Source of the DNA: an uncultured virus (IMG/VR IMGVR_UViG_3300007735_000782)
Taxonomy: Duplodnaviria; Heunggongvirae; Uroviricota; Caudoviricetes
Strand: one strand, 5' to 3'
DNA: 64,000 nt
IMG/VR virus record: IMGVR_UViG_3300007735_000782
Position numbers and translations under genes: made by a program. This document shows, piece by piece, positions 57,382-64,000 of the stretch; within the stretch, counting starts at the first letter, position 1, and each line of letters starts with the position of its first letter. The notes beneath the pieces were generated by a model, which had not been told where the DNA came from, did no database searches, and was given only the letters and a program-made list of their open reading frames with translations.

Positions 57382-58346
57382 CCTCTTCTTATTTTCTTTA
57401 CGATCCTAAATTTATGCAATCCCCCGCTGCTTTTGCTATGGCCGAACGTATGAATGGCATCTTCTCTCCCTTAGAGATTTTGCCTGAAGCTTTCACTAAA
57501 GCTTATGAACTTCCCATTGGTGAACATGTAGAGAAAAACTACAAAGGGCTTTCTTATCTTTCATGGCCTTTTGCTTTTCGCTACCTCAAAGAACAATTCC
57601 CTACATTATTTGTAGCTTTTGAAGAAAGCACTGTGGGGTGGCCAGTATTTGGTCAAACTGGATGTTGGCTATTGCGTCCATACTTAACTGATGGATGTCG
57701 TCGCACACCAGCTTTAGTGTTTCCCATTATGGACAACAAACATAATGCAGTGAAAGAACTTGATGCTCGTCAAGTAAGCGACAACATTCAAAGGGCTAGC
57801 GTTAAATGTATTGCTACTTTCACTGGTTTAGGGCTCAAGCTGTATTCCGGTGAAGATATTCCTATTAATGATGAAAAAGAACCATCCAAACATGAAAAAG
57901 AACCATCTAAACTCCCGCTCCAACAGGAAGCAACGAAGCCTGCTGCGAGGGCAGGCACGAAAGCAGCGCCAGTTGCGGAGCATGTTACTGCTCCTGGAGC
58001 AACAGGGCTTTCTGCGGCCAGTAGCACCAGTGAGTTCAATGGCAAAGAAGCGCTTCTTAGCTTCTGTCGAGCCAATCCCCTCGGCTATGGGGAGGAGCGC
58101 AGGAGCATGATTGCTGGTAAAACAGCGCTGGAAGCCCTTGGCCTTTCTAAAGGCGATGATATTAAAGATGCGGCAATGTTTGCCAATGTAGTAACCACCA
58201 TGGTCACTGCATGGATCAAGGAAGAAGGGCTAAAGCTTACCAAAGCTCAAATGACTAGTGAATTGGACATTTTAAGAAAAGCTTGTGAAGTGTCAACGGA
58301 ACAAGCAATCAAGGAGGTGGAGGTTTTTGTGCAGGGAAAGAAATAA
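57378..58346 (+). CDS. Single-strand annealing protein (DUF1071/Sak3-like)
   Basis: 'LSYLSW..A', 'PIMD...NA', 'IQR..VK.IA...GLGL.LY.GEDIP'. Confidence 0.85.
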   Translation: MTSSYFLYDPKFMQSPAAFAMAERMNGIFSPLEILPEAFTKAYELPIGEHVEKNYKGLSYLSWPFAFRYLKEQFPTLFVAFEESTVGWPVFGQTGCWLLRPYLTDGCRRTPALVFPIMDNKHNAVKELDARQVSDNIQRASVKCIATFTGLGLKLYSGEDIPINDEKEPSKHEKEPSKLPLQQEATKPAARAGTKAAPVAEHVTAPGATGLSAASSTSEFNGKEALLSFCRANPLGYGEERRSMIAGKTALEALGLSKGDDIKDAAMFANVVTTMVTAWIKEEGLKLTKAQMTSELDILRKACEVSTEQAIKEVEVFVQGKK

Positions 58347-58428
58347 ATCTAGTGGTGGCTCGCTTTGCGCGAGCCTTTGCTGGCACTTATTCTCTTAATG
58401 AAAATGGTTCTTTATTTAATGAGGCATT

Positions 58429-58686
58429 ATGACAAGGGCTGAAATTCAACGACTAATTAAAGTGCTGCGGAATGCTTATGTTTGTTGTCACCAATGTGGC
58501 GATAAGTATGGTGTTTACAGTGTTGGTTGTTCGTCAATGTGGGAAGGAAAATGTGATGTTTGTGGTCAAACTAAAACCATCACTGAAACTAGGGACTGGG
58601 CTTATTTTATCACTGGCTTGCGTAAGCTTGATTTACAATTAGCGGACATTCCTAAAGGTAAACAAAAGAAAATATATAGCGAATGA
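58429..58686 (+). CDS. Small Zn-finger protein
   Basis: CxxC...CxxC ('CHQC', 'CDVC'). Confidence 0.65.
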   Translation: MTRAEIQRLIKVLRNAYVCCHQCGDKYGVYSVGCSSMWEGKCDVCGQTKTITETRDWAYFITGLRKLDLQLADIPKGKQKKIYSE

Positions 58687-59453
58687 AAAATCATCAACTT
58701 GTTCGCTATGAACCAAACCGAGTATCGCTAAATAATCGTCGCCACTACCAGTGTAGCCAGTTCCCAAATGTTCCAGAAGGTATGCTGCTGCCTTCTGTTA
58801 CCACTGTGTTGTCTTCTATGGCACCAGTTGGCAAGATCATGGCTTTGATCAATTGGCGGAAGCGAGTAGGAAACGATGAAGCAAATCGCCGCACAAGGCT
58901 TGCTGCTGATCGTGGCACTTGGATGCATGGCGTAATAGAAGATTTATTCAATGGTGAAGACATAGAAAATCATCTTGAACAAAATAAACAATGGCTGCCA
59001 TATTACACTGCTGTTGAACCCTTCCTTGAATTAATTGATAAGCCATTATTAGCTGAAAGCGCAGTGGCATGGTGGGGAGGAGACAGTGGCATTGGTTATT
59101 CAGGGACGTTAGATCAATTAGCACTTATGGCTGATGGCGCCATTGCGCTAATGGATTGGAAAACCAGCTATAAGGTGAAGCCTGATTATCAACTGGCTGA
59201 CTACAAGAAACAACTTGGTGCTTATTCAATGGCAGCAGAGCAAATGTATGGCATTGATATTGAAGCTGCATATTGCGTGATCAGCGTATATGACCCTGAA
59301 GAACCAGATCGTGAAGCAGAGCTACAAATATTACAAATGGATGGCTTTGAGCTGGTGCAACAGCAAACCATCATGCAGGACACTATTAAGAGATATTTCA
59401 ACCAGTTCTACCCAGGCGCAAAAGCATTTGCATTAACCATGGATAAGGGGTAA
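58683..59453 (+). CDS. PD-(D/E)XK exonuclease (Cas4-like phage type)
   Basis: 'PSVTTVL', 'RGT..H', 'G..D', 'DWKTS', 'QL.AY'. Confidence 0.88.
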   Translation: MKNHQLVRYEPNRVSLNNRRHYQCSQFPNVPEGMLLPSVTTVLSSMAPVGKIMALINWRKRVGNDEANRRTRLAADRGTWMHGVIEDLFNGEDIENHLEQNKQWLPYYTAVEPFLELIDKPLLAESAVAWWGGDSGIGYSGTLDQLALMADGAIALMDWKTSYKVKPDYQLADYKKQLGAYSMAAEQMYGIDIEAAYCVISVYDPEEPDREAELQILQMDGFELVQQQTIMQDTIKRYFNQFYPGAKAFALTMDKG

Positions 59454-59502
59454 TATATGGGAGCCCAACCGGGCACCACCAACACTCCCAAGGAGAAACA
59501 CC

Positions 59503-59751
59503 ATGGCCAACAGGCCCCCAATCACCGCTGCAATCGACCTCACCCCTGATGTGCTTAATGCATTGAAGAAGGCTGGTCCTAATGAACGCGGTAACTATTC
59601 GCTTGATATGGCCGTATGGGTGAATGAAAAGCGCACTTCCGACAAGGCGCCCAATATGACGGGCTCTGTCAAGGTGAAAGGCGATAAGGATGGCCCTAAG
59701 GGCTATGCTTCCGTTTGGCAGAATGACGTTGAAACTAACGACGTTTTTTAA
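59503..59751 (+). CDS. Putative single-stranded DNA-binding protein
   Basis: 'KAP..TG.V' motif and acidic-aromatic tail 'NDVF'; AAGGAG RBS. Confidence 0.6.
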   Translation: MANRPPITAAIDLTPDVLNALKKAGPNERGNYSLDMAVWVNEKRTSDKAPNMTGSVKVKGDKDGPKGYASVWQNDVETNDVF

Positions 59752-59930
59752 GCCATGAAAACTACTGCCATTGTCTTGCTTGTTGTTGTTGCTGCTGGCT
59801 TGAGTTTGGCAGTAGCTTGTTTGGCCGCTTGGGCATTGACTGCCATATGGCCGTCTTTGCCCTTTTGGCCTGTTGCTTTTTTAAGCTGGATCGTAATTAG
59901 TGTTTTTAGTCGTTCCTCTGCACCATCGTC

Positions 59931-60530
59931 ATGACCTTGCTTAATGACAAACAAATCAGCAAATTAGCTGAAAATGACATTTTCTTGCCTTTCGTTGGCG
60001 AAAAACGAAGAGAGCTTGATAATGGCACAAAGGCTATTTCTTATGGCCTTTCACAATCAGGCTATGACATTCGATTGTCGTCTGTTGAATTTTTAATTTA
60101 CGACTCTAATTTAACTTTAGAGAATTTCTTCGATGGGCCAGTAATTGACCCGAAAGCTTATAATGGCAATCTTGAGGCAGCCCCATTAGTAGAAGAACCA
60201 AATGGTTCTTGTTATTTTGTTCTTCCTGCCAATACATTTGCGCTTGGAACTAGCCTTGAGCTAATATCAATGCCAAATGATGTATTTGCAATTTGTCAAG
60301 GAAAATCTACTTATGGCAGGTGTGGGCTTATTGCTAACATCCTTCCCATTGAACCCGGATGGACAGGCCATTTAACAATGTGCTTGGTAAATCCAACGGA
60401 AACTGCCATGCGCATTTATGCAAATGAAGGCATTGCACAATTAGTGCTATTTGGCATCGATGAAACCAGTAAGCCTTATGAAGGCATCTATCAAAATCAA
60501 TCGGCTAGAGTTCACCTAGCTGCAGTTTAA
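59931..60530 (+). CDS. dcd: dCTP deaminase
   Basis: 'ISYGLS..GYDIRL', 'GKSTYGRCG', 'EPGW.G.LT', 'YANEGIAQ', 'YQNQ'. Confidence 0.92.
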   Translation: MTLLNDKQISKLAENDIFLPFVGEKRRELDNGTKAISYGLSQSGYDIRLSSVEFLIYDSNLTLENFFDGPVIDPKAYNGNLEAAPLVEEPNGSCYFVLPANTFALGTSLELISMPNDVFAICQGKSTYGRCGLIANILPIEPGWTGHLTMCLVNPTETAMRIYANEGIAQLVLFGIDETSKPYEGIYQNQSARVHLAAV

Positions 60531-60533
60531 CCA

Positions 60534-60899
60534 TTGAGCGCTCTTGAAGATCAATTCCTTAAGCTTTGGCAAGCACGATTTCCTAAGTTAATTCTTGAAA
60601 GAGAATTTTCTGATATTCCTGCATGGGAACAAGATTATCAAGAGCGCTATACCAAAAGTAAACGTTCAAAAAGGTATCGTCTTGACTTTGCTCACACCAA
60701 CAGTTGCACTGGCATCGAAATCCAGGGTGGCGTTTACATTCGTGGCCGTCATGTCACTGGCAGCGGTTATGAGCGTGATTGCCGCAAATACAATCTTGCG
60801 TATACGAGCAAATGGACAATCTTCCTTTTAACTAGCCAAATGGCCAAGGACGCCGCTTGGCTTTCAATAATTGCCGCTCACATTGCATCTGCTCAATAG
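60534..60899 (+). CDS. Vsr/DUF559-like endonuclease
   Basis: 'LE..F', 'YRLDFA', 'IEIQGG', 'D..KYN.A...W'. Confidence 0.75.
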   Translation: MSALEDQFLKLWQARFPKLILEREFSDIPAWEQDYQERYTKSKRSKRYRLDFAHTNSCTGIEIQGGVYIRGRHVTGSGYERDCRKYNLAYTSKWTIFLLTSQMAKDAAWLSIIAAHIASAQ

Positions 60900-61203
60900 T
60901 ATCGCTTGCTTGAGTCATTATTTCTTCTGCTGCTTTTAAATCAGCAGCTTGTATTGATAAAGCTTGACGCAATTGTAAATTTTCTAACACTAATTTCTGC
61001 AATGCAGTTTGTAATGCGGACCAGCCTTGTAATAAGTTTAATGTTACTGGCTTAAGTTGAGACAGGTCTGAACATTCATTAATTGCCCTGGTATTAACCG
61101 TAAGGGCAAATTCACGTTCTGCTGAATGCTCAAATGGTCCCATAGCAACAATTCGTTTCCGACCATTGTAGATCATTTCCACCGGTAGGCAATACTCAGC
61201 CAT
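60832..61203 (-). CDS. Hypothetical coiled-coil protein
   Basis: MAEYCL start; coiled-coil C-terminus. Confidence 0.55.
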   Translation of the reverse strand: MAEYCLPVEMIYNGRKRIVAMGPFEHSAEREFALTVNTRAINECSDLSQLKPVTLNLLQGWSALQTALQKLVLENLQLRQALSIQAADLKAAEEIMTQASDTIEQMQCERQLLKAKRRPWPFG

Positions 61204-61555
61204 GCCAAAAAGATTTTTATTTGTTACTAGGCTACAACTAACCGATGGTCGCAAGCGGTTTGTACAGCCAGTGGACAATGGTGAAAATGCCGAAATTGCA
61301 CGTCCGGTTTCCCGCCGCTACTCCATTGAAAAGCTTCCAAAAGGCTATGAATGGACTATGGGAGAGCCTGTGGTATTGATGGCTTGCACTAGCTTTGGCT
61401 ATGTTCCCACGTCAATTTACGGTTTATTCATGGGCTTCACGCAAGGATGCAATGGAAGAAAAGCTGCAATCGTCCAATGGGAAAAGAAAAATGCTTTGAT
61501 TTCTGATATAGTCGCCATACAACGCATTCGCCCAACAGCGTTTCTCCCCAAATGA
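61202..61555 (+). CDS. Hypothetical protein
   Basis: Coupled to downstream ORF; start uncertain. Confidence 0.5.
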   Translation: MPKRFLFVTRLQLTDGRKRFVQPVDNGENAEIARPVSRRYSIEKLPKGYEWTMGEPVVLMACTSFGYVPTSIYGLFMGFTQGCNGRKAAIVQWEKKNALISDIVAIQRIRPTAFLPK

Positions 61556-61803
61556 CAAGCTCTCCTGCTGAACAGGTGCCTTACACTCTTTCTCAGTTGT
61601 TAGATGAATGTGCTTTGAGCAGCATGATGGCATTGGTAAATGCTTATGCTCCTGAAGAATGGCCAATAGAGCGAGAAAAAGCAGATCAATGGTGTGATTT
61701 TATAGCGAAAACGTCATATCACATGGCTGCATCAATGATGGATGCACGATCCACTTTTTATGATGCACTGGCTGCAGTAGCAGAGAAAACAAATGATTGC
61801 TGA
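61552..61803 (+). CDS. Hypothetical protein
   Basis: 83-aa ORF overlapping thyX. Confidence 0.55.
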   Translation: MTSSPAEQVPYTLSQLLDECALSSMMALVNAYAPEEWPIEREKADQWCDFIAKTSYHMAASMMDARSTFYDALAAVAEKTNDC

Positions 61804-62494
61804 TCCATTGGGCGATGGTAAAAGCTCTTTGCAATTGATTGATTCAATGGGAAATAGTCTCTCAGTAGTAAATGATGCTCGTCAATCTTTTGATTCTGAA
61901 AGTGCTGAATGGTCAGATCGCGATGGCAAGCTTCTTCGTTACCTAGCAAAACACCACCACACTTCCCCTTTTCGAGGGGTGGTATTTAAATGGGCAGTGA
62001 AGGCTCCTTTGTTTGTGGCAAGGCAATGGTGGAAACATACAATTGCTTCCACTTATGTTGATGATCAATTGGGCTGGAACGAAAAAAGTTTTCGTTATTG
62101 TGCTGCTGATGAATCTGAATTTTACATTCCCATGGAATTCATGCAGCAAAGCACAAATAACAGGCAGGCGTCAGCAGGGCCTCTTGATACCACTAACCAG
62201 CTTCTGGCTCTTATTCAGTATTCACAGGCGGTGGAGGCTTGCAGGCAGGCTTATGAGGGCCTTTTACTGACAGGCGTAAGCAAAGAGCAGGCCAGGGCTA
62301 TCCTGCCCTCAGCTCTTTATACAAGCTTTGTTTGGACCTGTTCCTTACAAGCTTTATTTCATTTCATTTCCTTGCGCATCGGCCATGGTGCTCAAGGAGA
62401 AATCACGGCTTATGCTAAATCATTGCTTGAACTAGGCCATTCAGTAGCTCCTGAAGCATTTGATGCCTTTGCTGAAAACAACTATCAATTTTAA
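61793..62494 (+). CDS. thyX: FAD-dependent thymidylate synthase
   Basis: 'VNDARQSF', 'H.SPF', 'PLFVARQW..H', 'NEKS.RY', 'EQAR.ILP', 'AQ.EI'. Confidence 0.93.
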   Translation: MIADPLGDGKSSLQLIDSMGNSLSVVNDARQSFDSESAEWSDRDGKLLRYLAKHHHTSPFRGVVFKWAVKAPLFVARQWWKHTIASTYVDDQLGWNEKSFRYCAADESEFYIPMEFMQQSTNNRQASAGPLDTTNQLLALIQYSQAVEACRQAYEGLLLTGVSKEQARAILPSALYTSFVWTCSLQALFHFISLRIGHGAQGEITAYAKSLLELGHSVAPEAFDAFAENNYQF

Positions 62495-62496
62495 TC

Positions 62497-62820
62497 ATGA
62501 ACGATCCCGTTAATTCACCATTGCATTACACTGCTGGTCGAATCGAATGTATAGATACAATTGAAGCTTCTATGACTCCACAAGGATTCAAAGGATTCCT
62601 TAAAGGTAATTGCATTAAATATTTACATCGTTATGAAAATAAAAATGGTAAAGAAGATTTATTAAAATGCCAATGGTACTTAGCGCAATTATTGGCTTAT
62701 CTTGATCGTGAAGATAGTTTTAGAAAATCAATTGAAGAAGCCGCTAGTAGTGTTTTAAATACTGCCGCTAATCCTGATGATTACATGGTACGCCATGGCC
62801 CTTCAGAACGCTTGCGATAA
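62497..62820 (+). CDS. DUF3310 family protein
   Basis: 'VNSP.HY..G.IECID', 'GN.IKYL.RY..KNG.EDL.K..WYL'. Confidence 0.9.
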   Translation: MNDPVNSPLHYTAGRIECIDTIEASMTPQGFKGFLKGNCIKYLHRYENKNGKEDLLKCQWYLAQLLAYLDREDSFRKSIEEAASSVLNTAANPDDYMVRHGPSERLR

Positions 62821-63300
62821 TTAAACAACACACCATTGAGTTGAAGGAAAAGGAGTAATTACTATTCCTTGTTCATGCAATGGTAATGCACGTTGAGTGG
62901 CTTCACACCAAGCTTCCCAATCAGATAAATCAGTGTGAGCCGAAACATAACTATTGTTATATATCCAACTCATTAATACTTTCTCGCGAGAAAGTGACCA
63001 AAATCTTTGAGGACGCCACCATTCAAATAATGGTAAATTACCTTTGCTTGCATTGCAATCCAAACAAGACGGTGCATTATTCCATTTTGCAAAGTGTGGC
63101 CCTCCTTTGCTCTTAGGAATGATATGATCAATTGTTAATTTTTCAGTCCACTTGCCGCAATAAGCGCAAGCGCAATGGCCTAATGGTCCTTTCGTTGGGA
63201 AGTCTTCAAAAATACTTTTTCTATATCGACGCTTAGCATCACCGGGGCGTAATTCAGTAAGCGAATGGAGAAGTTCTTCAGGCCCATTGCTTATCCCCAT
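62821..63300 (-). CDS. HNH endonuclease
   Basis: 'CAYCG....LTIDHIIPKSKGG.....N....C..CN..K'. Confidence 0.9.
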   Translation of the reverse strand: MGISNGPEELLHSLTELRPGDAKRRYRKSIFEDFPTKGPLGHCACAYCGKWTEKLTIDHIIPKSKGGPHFAKWNNAPSCLDCNASKGNLPLFEWWRPQRFWSLSREKVLMSWIYNNSYVSAHTDLSDWEAWCEATQRALPLHEQGIVITPFPSTQWCVV

Positions 63301-63384
63301 GGTGATATTTGATTGGCTTGTTTTAAGCTTAAAGCCAAATTTTCATGATGGTGAGAGTGATAGAATAGATAAAAGAATTGATTT

Positions 63385-63600
63385 ATGATCATGAACCCTT
63401 GGCAAGCAAAGCTCGCAGATTTTGCAGTGGTGCTAACTGCAGGCATGCTTCTAGCCACTGGAGGCATGATGATGAGCGTTGGTCATCAGCAAGTAAAGAT
63501 CACCACGCAAATTGAAATGATAATTGAAAAGCTAGACATGCTAACGGAAAACATGAAAGTAATGGAAGAGCGTGTTCGCTCTTTGGAAATTAAACGCTAA
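63385..63600 (+). CDS. Membrane-anchored coiled-coil protein (lysis accessory candidate)
   Basis: One TM segment then coiled coil 'EERVRSLE'; precedes holin/endolysin. Confidence 0.55.
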   Translation: MIMNPWQAKLADFAVVLTAGMLLATGGMMMSVGHQQVKITTQIEMIIEKLDMLTENMKVMEERVRSLEIKR

Positions 63601-63625
63601 GCTAGATCTAAACGCTTTACTTCCC

Positions 63626-63769
63626 ATGGAACCTCTTCAGTGGTTTGTTATTGGTGGCATCATCGTTGCTGCTGCAGATCAAATTCTTGATAATTCCCCT
63701 TGGAAAAGCAACAACATTTTGCAATTGATCATGGACACCCTTAAGACTTTCTTCCGCGCTAGCAAGTGA
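63626..63769 (+). CDS. Putative holin
   Basis: 47 aa, hydrophobic, 'SPWKSN.ILQL'; GTGA overlap with endolysin. Confidence 0.55.
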   Translation: MEPLQWFVIGGIIVAAADQILDNSPWKSNNILQLIMDTLKTFFRASK

Positions 63770-64000
63770 CCATTGTTGCTAATACTTGGCAAGGCGTTAG
63801 CCTCTATGCTCGTAGCGTAGGGGCTAAATTTCCTGAACTTGTTGCGGCTCAATGGGCCGTAGAAAGTGGTTTTGGTAAGCATTTTTCTGGCAAATGGAAT
63901 GCTTTTGGCCTTAAAGGCGTTGGTAGTCAACGTACCACTCAAGAATGGTACGATGGTCAATGGGTGACAATTAATGATGGTTTCATTGATTTTCCTAATC
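63766..64000 (+). CDS. Endolysin, glucosaminidase (GH73/FlgJ-like) domain, truncated by window end (not in ORF track)
   Basis: GTG start; ...PELVAAQWAVESGFGKHFSGKWNAFGLKG...TQEWYDGQWVTINDGFIDF. Confidence 0.85.
   Translation, partial: MTIVANTWQGVSLYARSVGAKFPELVAAQWAVESGFGKHFSGKWNAFGLKGVGSQRTTQEWYDGQWVTINDGFIDFPN

Noticed and set aside
63679..63960. 93-aa minus-strand ORF
   Set aside because: Shadow of the + strand endolysin

Overview
A 64-kb segment of a long-tailed (siphovirus-like) dsDNA phage, most likely infecting a picocyanobacterium (inferred from a short cyanophage-type RNR pair, ThyX, RlpA and cyanobacterial regulator boxes). 1-36.8 kb (minus strand) is the virion module: DUF1073-type portal, Mu-F-like head protein, glycosyl/methyltransferase cluster, DUF2213 protease/scaffold, decoration protein, DUF2184-type capsid, neck, tail tube, chaperone, tape measure, lambda-like M/L/K/I/J tip and several fibres. 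Terminase and RNR lie at 37-43 kb, a largely non-coding control region at 44-47 kb, small early genes at 47-54 kb, replication/recombination/nucleotide genes at 54.8-62.8 kb, and the start of a lysis cassette at the right end. Unusual signals read from the sequence: (1) four gene-terminal -1 frameshift signals, only one of which is the expected tail-chaperone shift; (2) a ~500-bp array of host transcription-factor-like sites (15 exact cyanobacterial Pho-box half-sites at 11-bp period, six 23-bp HLR1/RpaB-like repeats, a LexA box), possibly a regulator decoy or platform; (3) a strongly structured ~137-nt ncRNA candidate and a three-copy covarying stem-loop element; (4) five copies of a modular early promoter with a GNRA 5' hairpin. 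Protein family calls are from motif recognition and synteny, not database searches.
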